A program made the position numbers and the translations under genes. The notes beneath the pieces were generated by a model. The model did not search any database, was not told the origin of the DNA, and saw only the letters and a program-made list of their open reading frames with translations. 64,000 nucleotides of DNA from contig RHPI01000810.1 of the NCBI GenBank assembly GCA_009103225.1, forward strand, positions 248,001 through 312,000, in the 5' to 3' direction. Source of the DNA: Chlorokybus atmophyticus. Taxonomy: Eukaryota; Plantae; Mesostigma and Chlorokybus algae. Numbering within the stretch: position 1 is the stretch's first letter; each line of letters starts with the position of its first letter. Shown in pieces: positions 42,290-55,299 of this stretch.

Positions 42290-43942
42290 TGCAAGGTGTC
42301 CGCGCTCGTTGCCGAGGTGGCGGAGTTAAAGGCGGCACTAGCGGGCTGCGCACGCAGCCGGAAGGCAAGGGAGTTCGACATGAAAAGGATGATAAGGGTG
42401 GAGGTGCGTACGCGTACTTGGCGTATGGAGTGTGACGTTGTGCAGCCCGAAGACGGCTACGGCAGCTACGGGGACTGCGTGCGCTGCACCAGCATCTACG
42501 GCGGCGGTATCGCCCTACATGCGAGGCAAGGGGGTCCGCGTTGCAGCCTCAAATGTGTAAAATTGCTGGGGGTTATGCGGAACCGTTCACACCAGCTAGT
42601 GCATGTCCACGCGCAACATCGGCACGTGTGACGGCGACAACAGGAGGCCATGGCAGCTACCGTAGCTCCGGCGGAGGTGTCGGCGACGTCGGCGTTGACA
42701 TTGCCTTTGGTGAGGGGGTTCATGAAGGTGGAGCAGCATGAATGCATGCGTATTGATGTGAAGAACGATGTGGATGAGGGGAAGATGCAGTTCATGAAGA
42801 GTTTGGCTTTTTTGTTGAATACGGCGTTGCACAAGTCAGCCCTACATGCGCGCAAGACATGAAGGTGACAACGGCGGCGCATGCGGATGCAAGTGCAGTC
42901 CATGAGCTGGTGGGGACGCAAACTTTTTTTAATAAGTAGTATTCCATCTTTTAGAGGAAATTGATTAGAAGCTATTCTATACAGATAAAGAGGGCCAACA
43001 ACCTCCTTGGCCGCAAAATCGATAACCACGAGCAGGGTGCCAGCCTACGTAGGTCGCGTCAATGCACCATCAGGTATTGATTCGTTTTCTAACCTATCCT
43101 ACCAGTCCATGGATGCAGCTGGTAGTTTTTGAAAAACCTACCACCTTCATCCATCCATCAGCCCATGTTAACGTTAAAGGATGTCGGATGCACTTGGAAG
43201 CGTCTGGAGTGCGTGTTGGGGCAGATCATAGTATTGAAGCATGCGACAGCCGGCGCAACTACGCAAGTCACTTTGGATTGCTAGGCAATTGTGAAGAGGA
43301 GTTTAAGGTAGTTCATTATAAAGAAAAGGAGCTGCATGGAATGACTAACAATGAGCAAGAGTTGGAGGTGGATGTGGGCATGATAGAAGTAGTGAACGGC
43401 CTGCACATGAGGGTGGAAGAGCCGGTGCAGCTGGAGTTGTCGGCGGCTTTGTCGAGGCCGGTTGAGAGGCTTCATGTTGTTGCGATGGTGGCAACAATGG
43501 ACAGCACTTATGGTCATGTGCTGCTGAACGTGTACACAGCGGAGCGCATGCTCATAGATACATGTGCGCAACCGGTGATACTTGGAGCGAGAGTGGCGGC
43601 GCGCATAGGTTGCAGCTGCAGCCGAAGGATTAGTATTGGGCGCCATGTCCGTGGCATCTCAAGACAGCTGGAGGAGGAGTTGAGGCGGTGTTTGCAATGA
43701 CATTAGAGCCCGTGCAGATCAAGTTTACTACACATGGTGGAGGGCGAACCACCCTTGATGTTCATTGTCTTATCACCGACGGGGGGAGCTATGATGTACT
43801 ATTGGGGCAGGAGTTCTTATATCCAGTAGGAGGAGGAGTGGACAACTGGCTGGAGCAGGGCTTTTTTAGACCTGGGTGGGAGCATGCTGACTGTGAGAAG
43901 GCGTTGGTCCCGTTGCCAGTGATAGAGGTTGAGGACGCTTGA
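42290..43942 (+). pseudogene. degenerate third retroelement remnant with an aspartic-protease-like segment
   Basis: MLIDTCAQPVILG (DTG-like) and YDVLLGQEFLYPVGGGVDNWLEQGFFRPGW in frameshifted pieces 43062-43700 and 43688-43942; upstream coiled-coil-like SALVAEVAELKAAL. Confidence 0.55.
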
Positions 43943-44092
43943 AGCCAAAGGGTGGACGGATGCGATGATGTGTGTGGGCGAAGGCGAATGCGGAGGTCAG
44001 CTGGCATTCTCGGGACGTGAACACCAGCAAAGGAGGTGTGATGCGGGCTTGTTGTGAGGGTCGTGTCATGTGTATGAGCATGTACATCAGTG

Positions 44093-44479
44093 GGGCAGCT
44101 TTTGGAGGATCCTGAGCTAGCATACGTGCATGGTGGAAGCCACAATGTATGAAGATGGAGAAGGTGCAGCATCATGAGGCCATGACGAGCTGGTAGACGA
44201 CATCCTCGAGCAACGACGAGTTTTGGCGCGATTGCTGTTATGCGCATGCGTGTCGGTGGCGCATGGCATCGGTTATGAAGGCTTTTGGGGTCAGATTTTC
44301 ATGAGTCAGAGCTGAGTTACGGTCAGCACAGCGAGGTGTAACTCAATAACGCTAGGGCAACTTCTGGAGGATTTTGAGCTAGCATACGTGCATTGAGGAA
44401 GCCATGGTGTACGAAGATGGAAAAGGTGCAGCATTGCGAGGCCATGACGAGCTCGTGGACGACATCCTCGAGCAACGAC
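44093..44479. repeat. ~125-bp diverged direct repeat (copies at ~44093 and ~44355)
   Basis: GGAGGAT..TGAGCTAGCATACGTGCAT...GAAGATGGA.AAGGTGCAGCAT...GAGGCCATGACGAGCT...GACGACATCCTCGAGCAACGAC occurs twice, period 262. Confidence 0.9.
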
Positions 44480-45359
44480 ATGACTTGACACGATGGGTAC
44501 TTGTATCACAAAATACATAAAGTGGGTTCTTTGCGGGGAGCATGAGTCACATGCCCGCTATTTTGCAAGGCATATTGTGTGATATGAACGTGTGAGACAT
44601 GACTTGCAGCCATCATTCAAGGGTAAGGGCATGCAGGCGAGTCCAAACTCAAGCTGCCGCCACAATCAGTGTTACGATAGCTTTTGAAAGGGAGCTTGAA
44701 TAACTTTAACCTCAACATGTAAGCGCCTTTTGCTTAGCCTTGGCCTGGTGGAAATGCTCGACGTAACAATTAGCACTGCCCATTTTGGCAGCGGCTAACT
44801 CGTGGAGCTGTGCGTCACATGTGGGGATCATGCAAACCTTGGTTGCTGTCGCTGTCGCTGCTACTGCCAACCTCCCCTGCCTGCTACTTGCTATCAATTC
44901 TAATCGCCAGATTGTTTTTGATTTGCACTCAATTGTTAGGAGTTGAGGCTAGCCCAGACTTTGGGCCCCAGAGCATTGTGTGTTGCTTGTTTGCTCAATT
45001 ATTCATTGACTCCTACTCTCGTGCTATGCTTTTTTATGCTTATGCATGCAAGCGCAGTGTAAATGTGCTGCAATATCTGATGCAAATTGCCGTGTGCAAG
45101 GAGTGAGGCTTTCAGTGCATGCTGCTATTGTGGATTGAATTTCCGTACATACATGCAATGCACTTGTACAGATGTTCGATTATGCGTGTAGCGCTGCAGG
45201 TGTCACAGTCACACACTACAATTGTCCACCTTAAAGATGCTGATGACAATTAATGGGTCCGTTGTGCAAGCACATATGTGACAAAGCGGGTGGGTTTTGT
45301 GCAAATACCAACATTCAATAAATGTCATTGTTAACTACGGCTATCGTGAGTAATTGAGG

Positions 45360-45710
45360 TCATTGGTGAAATGATGAAAACGGGGTGACGCCACCGCGTT
45401 TTATTTGCAATGCAATTGCATTGGAGCTGTCATATAATGCAACTTGGGTATTGATGGTGCTTATTGCAACAGTGGTCCTCGATAAGGCTAAGCACAGGAT
45501 GAATGTGCATGATGTAAAAATGCCCCCTTGAACATGAAAGTTATCAACCAGAAAGTTTCGATGTGCTATTAAAATGCAAGTATAGGGTAAAGATCGTAGT
45601 ATGTCATGCACAATAAGTGTATGTGTGACGCATCAATGCGTGCTGCTATTGTGCTTTGGACCTTCGTACACACCGACAAACAAGCGACCTACACCAACAA
45701 CGAGTCCTTA
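45360..45710 (-). pseudogene. possible degenerate KDZ (Kyakuja-Dileera-Zisupton)-type transposase fragment
   Basis: One frame with one stop reads GLVVGV...YEGPKH...LIVHD...NFLVDNFHVQG..C...ISTINTQVA...SNA..LQIK. The motif order matches what I recall of KDZ cores (ESP...YD...VDxFH..H..C...INSQ.AEQ.N). Confidence 0.3.
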
Positions 45711-46854
45711 GCAAGCATTAAGACTATCACATCTCTCATCACCGATCAATTTGCGCCGGCAAGTAAACCCTCTCTTATTGCACATCAGCTGGTTAAGTTG
45801 TTTACTTGCCTGACTGTCAGCAAATGTGCGCGTGTTTGGTTTATAATGATGTGTTGCATAGGAACTGAACGCTTGTGCATGTGCTTGATCGGCCTGCCCA
45901 ACTTGACTAATGTATGTGTGTACACGTGTCCCGACTGCACAAATATATCTATACTGTACTTTTGCATATTGAGGCATCTCGCTGGGATAGTATGTTTGCT
46001 ACACCAGCATTCCAAACAGCGGCAATTGATCTGCAGTACTTGAATAAACCAGAATAATCGTAAACACAAATATTGCATTTTATGAAGTGCCACGCAGGGC
46101 CAGGTAGAGCTCAACTATCCTATTGATGACTAGGCTGGCAACCCATATAATTGGGTCGACTAGACAACGGCAACAGGCACTGCTCTGATGCATTTGCAAG
46201 CATCCTTCTCAAAGACAGTGTACCAACAAGTCGCACAACCTGCGGGCAAGAGAAAACTGTCAGCCAAGGAAGGCAGACACAGCAGCAGTTCTGGGAAACG
46301 TTGGGTCATGCACCAACCTGGCAAGCTGCGAAAGTTGCACATGGCCTTCCATAAGAAATTGTTTCTGCCTCACAACAGAGCCAGAGAGTTTCTGGATCTG
46401 GAGGAACAATGCTAAAACTCGCCACGCAGTACAATGCTGGCGTCAACAATGTATCCCAAAGCTGTCCTAAAAACCTATCAATGCTGCAACTGCTGCAGTT
46501 AGCAGACGTGCAATGTAGTACTATGTAAAAGGGAAACGGGTTGTGTGGGTGCTGTGGCGACAGTGGTGCAACAGCCCCTATGTTGCCGCGCTGCTGATAC
46601 TCATAGCCGCTTGCGCTCCCTGGGGGTTGTGGGTGCTTTGTCTATGGGAGGAAAAACAGCTCGGTCACTACCAAACACAGGGGCAAGTGTGCGTGCGTTT
46701 TGCTCCGGTGCTATTCTGGAGGACAAGGCATCTTGTGAAGGTTTGCCACTGGTTGCTTTCACCATGCTGGTGGGGTAGCTGCCAGGCACAGTCTTGTTAG
46801 GATTGTTGTACTGCAGCATCCTCAGTGAACTCGACAATGGGATGGTACGAGCAC

Positions 46855-49398
46855 TCACTTGGTCCTTTTCGCTCGCAGAGCTTCACTTGAAAATGGTGAC
46901 ACTGTAGACCGATACGTGGACAAAGGCACGGCGCCCTCGGTAATCCACTCATGCTGCATTGCCTCTTCAGGTGACGCCCTCTCCTTGGGATCCCATTTCA
47001 AGCACATCTGACAAAACATAAGTGAGCCGACAGCACAAGACAGAGTGTGCATATGCAGAGCAACAATTTCATGTATCACTTGCTTACCGACAGAAAGTCA
47101 ACGAAGGCGGCATCATTGCAATGGATGGCAGTTGCCAGGTCCTTAGAACCGGGCCGCCTTTTTCGGCCTCGCGAGTTGGCGACAATGCGTGGGCTGTTGT
47201 TGGAATCAAAGAACAACTTTTTCCTTGAAGAGGCCTCGATGAGGCTTTTGCTGGGGACGCCCAAGACTTCCATAATACAGGCCATCTGTTCAGTCTCATC
47301 CTCACCAGGAAACAGTGGATACCCTGTGCACATTGCAAAAGGTAAGTGCAACTGTACTAGTGCGCTGATGTACCCAGTACCATAAGCAACTAATGCACAC
47401 CTGTATACAATTCCGCCAGAATGCAGCCAAAGCTCCACATGTCAATCTTGGTGTCATATGGCAGGCCAAGTATCACTTCAGGAGAGCGGTAAAAGCGGCT
47501 CTGGATGTAGGTGTAAACCCGCTCATCTTCGTAACAGCTACTGCCAAGGTCAATGATTTTGATTGCTGACTTTGTCGGAGACTTCAGCAGGATGTTCTCT
47601 GGCTTCAGATCACAGTGAATGACTCGATTCTTCTTCAAGAACTTAAGGGACACAAGCAGCTGTGCCGCAAACCGCCGAATGAGCCCCAGGCTCAGGCCTT
47701 GGAAGTTGTTGTTCTTAATGAACTCGTATAGGTTGATGCTGTGAAGCTCGAAAGATATGCACAGATGGTCTCTGAAGTAGAAGTACTCGTACATTTGAAC
47801 AACGTTTGCCAAAGACTCAGGATCCTGCACATAAGAATTATAAGCGCTGCATGAAAGAAATGCCAGCCATACAGGCAACAACTGCCAACTAACGTACCTT
47901 CTGGCGCAGATGCTCAAGAACCTTGACCTCAACCAGAGCTTGATGGTGAAACCGCTTCTTGTTGCGGATAATTTTAACAGCTTTCAAGGAGTTGGTTTGA
48001 TAGTCGAAGCACTTCAAGACTTGTCCAAAGCTTCCTTTTCCCAGAGTTGACAGCACCTCATATCGGTACCCAATATGGTCGTGAGAAACAACGTTGTAGT
48101 CACCCCGCTCGTCATCAAAACCATGGTTGAAGTTGCCTGGCAAGACTGTGCTCTTGACTTTCTGTGCCTTGTGACCAGTGAAGTATATCTGGGAGTACTC
48201 CAGTATTTCACTCTCCTCGAAATCAGTCAGAGTGCCTGTGTGAGCCTTCAGTGCACCTGGGAGAGGTGGTGGCATTAGTCTCGTCCCGACAGCACTGCTG
48301 TAGACTTGCTGCGGCAAACTGAAAAACGCATACCGGCAGGTGTCATGGGGAGAGTGCTGCCTGTTGACCCTGTAGGTGTGGCACTCTGTGGACATAACCA
48401 GTCAGCATTCCAGCTAGAAAGCAACAGTCGGGAGCTGAGAAAGTTGAGGGAGGTGGGCAGTACCTGCCGGTTCAAGTCCATCTCCCACTGCTCCGTGGGA
48501 GACTTTGGGGTGGTCCGAGATGTGAGCGCCTGCCTGGCAAGGTTCTCCTTCTGAACCTGCATGCGCGTAGGCCTTGCAGTCTGCGCATCGTCAACGCCAG
48601 CGCCACTACCAAAACCCAGTGGAACACTTGACTGATGGGATAGCATCTGCGATGCCATGGTTGTAGTTGGCACATCCGACAAGTGCTGTTCCTCCAAAAG
48701 GTTGGACAACCTGACAAGCATGACAGCGTGAGCAAGCCTGTAGCCAGAGTCCTGCTGGCCTTAACAGCAACCGTCACCCCACTACGCGTACCCTTTATTG
48801 CCAAAGTAGGCGGATGCTGTGCTGCCTGTGTTGGTAGACCTTGCTGAAAGTGCCCCCGCGGTAGCTGCAACCCCATACCGAGCAGAGGCTCTCGCCGATG
48901 GCTGCTGACCACTGGTTGGGCCTGACGGCCCGAGTGCATTGCGAGAGGCGGCGACCGTGGCAGGCCCAGTGACACGCCTTGGCGCCGACCTTGCTGTGGC
49001 CGCCATTGTGCTCAAGTGCTCAGCTGCCATGTCGCCCCCCTATACACCAAAGTCATACAAGGCAAATGAGTCGGTGCAGTTCGCAACGAGGCTTCGCATA
49101 CAACGTGCTACGGCACTGACGGTGCGCTAACTTGCGTGACTCAAGCTAGTGCACGGCTCTTGTTCTGGCCAAGCGAACTTACAATGCAGTACTACGACGC
49201 CTGACCTACTTGTGCGGAGCCCCGACAGCTGTTTGGTTAGCAACTTACCGCAATCTGCTTTGCGCGAGCCAAGTTGAGTGTGGGGAGGTTGGGCACTGCA
49301 ACCTTCATGCCGGCAAACGAGCCAGCAGCGGTAGACATTGGCGCAGCTGCGGAGTTGAGCGAGAGAACTTGCAGGGGCATGGAGTCCGCGCCTCCCAT
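46855..49398 (-). CDS. DYRK-family dual-specificity kinase, DYRK2/3/4 class, multi-exon; start codon tentative
   Basis: DH box [83 protein letters not shown]. The proposed start MGGADSMP at 49398 splices in frame to GGDMAAEH at 49039. Confidence 0.92.
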
Positions 49399-51508
49399 AC
49401 AGCTTTGGGGCCGCCCTTATCATGCCCCCCGGAGCGTCATTCCAACACCCGCCAACGATTGTGGCCACCTCCTGCTGGGCCTGGCCTACCTTGCGGCACC
49501 CGCCCTCGGGTTTTGTGCGCACTCAGAAACTTTGACAAGCGTGCACACCCACACTCTAGCTGACCACGACCGACGCTAGGTGACCGACGCCACCACTTCT
49601 ACGCCAGCTTCCGCTCCTCTTGGACTAGCACCACGAGTAGACGATCTACACAGAGCAACACCACTACAAGAGCAGTCCAATAGCCCAATGAATCAACAGA
49701 TGCGTCTCCAAGCAGCCCGCCGTCAGCACGCCTCTCCGCCCACGCCGCGACCAACGCCCGCACCGACACTGCCACCTACGTCGCCGCCACCGCCGCCGCC
49801 CCAGTCCCAAAAACTTTCTATCATTGACCGCTTGACCAGGTGCATTTGACCGCGGCTGCCGCGGCGCATAATGTGCAACGTCGACCATTTAACCTTCGGC
49901 GACCTTTTGATCGGCTCCGTAGTCAAGGTGGTACTTCTACTGGCAGAAGGTATTGATATCCAGCAGAAATGCCCGGCGCCTAGCTCTCTGAGACCAGTCG
50001 GTAATGTTGTGCACCGTTAGCAATCCGATGAACGTGTTCTATTTTTGCGTCCGAGGAGTAACCGGGGACTGTTCTTGATGTAACCGAACCCATGCCGATC
50101 TGTAATGCCCATTAACGGTACACGCTTACACTGACGGCCGTCAAAGTGTCAGTAGAGGATGAGTGCTTGCACCCAAATGTGATAGCTGAACGCAATAATA
50201 TCTGAGCCTACCATTAACCGTTTTTGTGAGGTCAGCCGCACGTGAATGGTTAGCAGTGACGGCGAGGACTGCTTGCCTTGTCCGAGGTGGTTCAGCTAAC
50301 CAGCAGCCTCGGAGGCTGGACGCGAGCCAGTGCGCGCTGAATATGCCCGTCGCCATTGTGAGAAGCAACGGCAACGCAAATAGAATCTGACGCGGCATAC
50401 CTCCCAGAACGATGCGCACTGTAACTACGCGGGTGCATACCGCTGGCGGGCACACAAGGGATAAACGGGGCTGTACCATACTTGGGACAACTGCGGAACC
50501 CAATAGTCTGGAGGGACCACTGCTTGCCAATTTTTGATTGGATGTGAGAGTTCCGTCAATCCATCATGCGCAAAGGGTTCACAGCTGTACTCAGGAACAT
50601 TGTCCTGAGCCTATAATCACTTGTTGGATTGAACCAGCTGTAAAACCCGCAACGTGGGCATCAATCGATGCGTTGCAGTGATGCCCGCATTAGGACACCG
50701 CTTTTGTCACTATGACGTGCCCTAACATTGTGAACCAAAGCGAACGCGCCTCAAGTGAGGCGGCCGCGGAGTGAGTCAGCGCGGCGTAGTCAAACTTACC
50801 GCGTGACGTGGCTGTAGAGGAACGACGCATCCCACGGCGCAACGTGACGCACAGCCAGCGCTGCGCGCTTTCCATCTGTCCCCCCGAAGTGACGAAGTGA
50901 ATGGCGCAACCGCTGCCCATGCGACGGGACACGCGCGGTGCGTGGGTAATTTGGCACACCAGTCCAGGGAGGGGTGCGGCACAGTGCGGCTGGCACTTGA
51001 GGGCAGCACCAGCATCGTCCTTGTGCGATGCGCACAACAATTAGGGTTCGGTGCACAAAGCTGCCCAGTGGGTCCGACACTTGGTCGTTTGCTTGCATGC
51101 AGCGGCGGGGGTGGTGTGGTGTGTGATCGTATACTCACGGGTGAAGCTGCAAGAAAACAGCAGAAGCATCGGCTTGGCTGCATGCACACACCATCTCTGT
51201 GCACACAATTGGCACGTACTAGCTACGGCTTGTTTGGCATGTTGCCGCTGAACAGCATGTCTGTTAGTGCACAACAACAGCTACATGCCTGCATCGGCTG
51301 CTTGCATTGCTTTCACTGATCGCAAATGCACTGCTTAACCTGTGAGAATTTCACACTCTTGTTTTGGCTTATAACAGTCTGCTTACTGTAGCTCCCCATT
51401 GTTTATATATCTAAGTGTGCGGACTCGAGCAAGTACTGGGGAAAACTAGCTTCAGAGCAGGGTGTTCAGCGCTGTTATGCAGTGAGATTGTTGTAAAAAC
51501 AGTGCAGC

Positions 51509-54500
51509 ATGGAGGTGGAAGCCACCGCTGGAGCCACAGCTCAGGTTTTTGCGCAAGTGCGAGAGCAGAGGGCTGCTCTGAGAGCACGCTTTGAGCGGCG
51601 GCGGCAGCAACTCGGCGTTCAGCTGCCTGTCGGCACCAGCGGCGGAGGGGGTGGGGAGAAAGCCGAGAGGAAGCAGCTGACTCCGGCGACGACCACGACG
51701 CCGGAGGCTGCCTCAGGGCGTGTGAGGGAAGTCAAGCAGGAGCCTGCGGCCGAGCTGAGAGGCGCACATGGACCGGATGGGTTCGTGCCTCATCAGGTGA
51801 GTGATAGGTTGCATACATGCGTCTCAATGAACCCATGCATTGCGCGTATATTGAAAGATGGTTTGTCTCCACAATCATAGACATCTACTCTTGCATAGCT
51901 CAATTGTGTGCGCACGACATGAGCAGCAATGCAGCAGTTGCTTCCAGAGACTCTATTGCTGTTGTATAGTTGCAGATTGTACATGAGTTCGTTCATGGGT
52001 CTCGGGGTGCCCTCTAATGCACCATCACAGTCCCAGTTGCGTTCATGCAGATGGTTGCATGCTAGTGCACGTCAAACTGTGTACCATGCCAAGGACAACT
52101 ACAAGTTAGCAAGCGACGCAATAGCAGTGCCTTAATCTGCTGACTGCAACTCTGGTTGGAACGCTGTACACAGTCAGGTTGTTTAGGTGTATTAGCTAGT
52201 TGTACCACTCATTCAATGTGTTGAGTAGCAGACCTTGCATTGACTGCATGAATGCATGTTGGTGATATCTTGGAGTGCGTGTCAGCCTGCTTGTTCACAC
52301 ATGCGCATATGGTTGCATTTTCGCACGCATTGCAGCTATTCACTCCCGCGCGGGCTTTTGTACGAATTGCCTTCCATGCAAAGGCTGTTCGGACAGAAAA
52401 CTGCTCACCTTGTTTGCTGCCCGGCATCGTACTCACTAGCAAACCATCTTGGTTGCGCATGATTCTGCAGGACAACCTGTACACGCTCGTGGCACATTGT
52501 CTGCTGGACCCGGACACCGTGGTACCTGTGGATTCAGTGGGTCTGCACAGGCGGTTGTCGCGCGGTCCAGCGGCACAGGAGTACAGCAGGCAGCTGGCGG
52601 CAGCGGGCTTGCATGGCGTTGAGCCTGTTCTTGCTGACATGGCACGAGATGGATGCATAGAGTTGGAAGAGTTTCTAGCTGGCGGTGCTCCCAGGTGTGT
52701 TAATGTAAGCAGTCGTGCATGTCAGTGGAGCATGCCTGATGTTGTGTGCGCATGTAGGTTGATGGTATTGGACGTGGAGCGCAACAGGCTGGCTGCGCTT
52801 GTACAGACACAGGAGGGTGGTGCAGCTGGCACGCGCATGCACCACTTCCCTGACGGTCCCCTATCCCCTAACCACAGAGGTCGGCCACTACCACCTCCTC
52901 CACCTCCCAACCTACCTCATCTAGGACCTGGCTTTGGAAGGGGCAGAGGCTTTGTGCCGGGCATGCTTCCAGGCATGGGTCCTGGGATGATGGGTCCTGG
53001 TCCCTTCCTGGGTCCTGGGATGCCTCCAGGACTACCCATGTTCCGGCCGCCTGGCGCAATGCACAGGCCCAAAAAGGATAACCTTGACGACATTGAGATG
53101 CTACTGGGCAAGCCATCCTTCAAGGAGAAGCAGCAGACACGGGCTGGAGAAGAATTGAAGGAGCTCCTTTCCAAGCCCACTGCACGTGAAACAGCTGTTG
53201 CAGCCAAGGTATGCACTGTGAGCTTAACGTACACAGAGACTGTTGGTATGTCTATAAGCCACGTCAACCAAGTCGCGTTGCATATGATAACAGTTCAAGT
53301 CCAAAGGGGGGTCCGCATTGCAAGAGTACTGCCCGTATCTAACCAAGGAGGATTGCCGCAACGCGCATGGCTCATTCTTGGCATGCGAGAAGCTGCACTT
53401 CTGCCGCATCATCCAGCCCCACACAGACCTGATGTTGGGCGACTGCTCCTTTCTGGACACATGTCGCCATATGAAGGTCTGCACTGGTAACGCATGGCAA
53501 TGGACTCCGCTAGTGTCTGTGGCTTGTTTTGGGTAGTTGAGCTGCAGTTGGTGTGCGCAGACGTGCAGATTTGTGCACTACGAGCTTGATCCAACACCAG
53601 ACCTTCCACTTCACCCATTCCCTCATGGTGCCAAGTAAGCAGACCATGCAACACCAATCTGGCCATCATACCTTGTTTATCAATACCCAACAGATACTGG
53701 TATAGCCTGACGTCACTGGTTTTGCGCTTTGCTTGCAGAAAACGAGGTGCAGAGTATCTTGCACCTGGCGAACTGGGACATCCACAGTGGGTCAACTGTG
53801 ATGTTCGCACATTTGACATGACCATACTGGGCAAGGTCAGCATCGTTATGCACGACAACAAGCTTCGCATTGGTTCAACAATGAGGGGGGGTTTGGCTGA
53901 TTGACATGTTGGGATGTGCGCAGTTTGGCATCATCATGGCTGATCCGCCTTGGGATATTCACATGGAACTGCCGTATGGGACTATGGCTGATGACGAAAT
54001 GCGTAGCCTCAACATCCAGGTGCATAGCTTGGTGTTGGTTCGCTGCTAATTGACATCTACTTTATTGTTCCTTTGGTGAACCATCTGATGGCGTACTAAA
54101 CCCGACAGTGCTTACAAGATGATGGTTTGATCTTCCTTTGGGTTACGGGGAGAGCAATGGAGCTTGGCCGCGAGTGGTATGTGGCCTTTATTGCAATCAA
54201 AGTTCGCCAACTAACCAACTTCCATACATCATGTGCCGGAAGGCATTGTTTGTCCAGCATGCTAAATTGCGCTCGTCAGTTTGTTTGTTTATACGCTGTT
54301 TGGAACGATTAGTTTGGAGCTGTGGGGCTACAAGCGAGTTGAGGAGCTCATATGGGTCAAGACAAACCAGCTGCAGCGCATCATCAGAACGGGTCGAACC
54401 GGGCACTGGCTGAACCACAGCAAAGGTGCAAACCGCAGTTGCTTATTCCATGGTGTTATCACACGCGCCCTCCATTGGACTCCTCTGCGCGCAGCATCAT

Positions 54501-55253
54501 GTCTGTTGGTCAGTTCTGCATGCGTGCTGGCGGCTTGCTTGTACTGACACATTGGGTTTGATGGAGCAGAGCATTGCATCATTGGGATCAAGGGCAACCC
54601 TGAGGTAAGTTGCCAATTGTCTTCTCAGCCATGGGTTTGCAGTGTTGTGCACTTGCCGCCAGGATGATGCTTGTTGTTACCAACTGTGCCTCTCATGGTG
54701 GTACTGCAGATCAATAGAAACATTGATTGCGACGTACTTGTGGCTGAAGTGCGCGAAACAAGTCGCAAACCTGACGAGGTGCAGTGCAAGTCGTAGCCGC
54801 AGTTTGGGGTGCTGAACCTCGCTGTCTGCAGCGATAGTACTAAGGCATGTTTGTCACATCGGTGCAGATGTATGGCTTGTTGGAGCGCTTGAGCCCACGC
54901 ACACGAAAGCTGGAAATCTTTGCCCGCATGCATAACACTCATCCTGGGTGAGTTGGCATCTGTCTGTCTGTCTTTTAGTCGTCTGCTGGGTGTGGCAAGG
55001 ACGTACATCAAGTGCCCACGAGTACTCACAGCATCACTACAGGTGGGTGTCACTGGGCAACCAGTTGGACGGTGTGCATCTAGTGGATGAGGAGATTCGG
55101 CAGCGATACGCTGCTCGCTTTCCAGATGTCATGATTGATCCTCCAGTCTTGCCCAGCTTGCAAGCAAGTGATGCTGGCGACATGTCTAGAAGAGGTGTTG
55201 GAGATGCCCTCAAAGGCAGCCCGCAAACTTCCACTGTAGCTGCATCATCTTGA
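51509..55253 (+). CDS. METTL3: mRNA N6-adenosine methyltransferase catalytic subunit (METTL3/MTA, MT-A70), about 13 exons
   Basis: CCCH zinc fingers ([34 protein letters not shown]), PQWVNCDVR, catalytic [77 protein letters not shown]. Confidence 0.97.
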
Positions 55254-55299
55254 CACTGCACCTCACTCTACAGCACTCACTGGGGTTGAACCAGCCTAT

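Noticed and set aside
35815-55253. Functional link between the retroelement MTase-like domain and host METTL3
   Set aside because: Only proximity (~15 kb, with DYRK between them) supports it, and the two share no visible sequence similarity.
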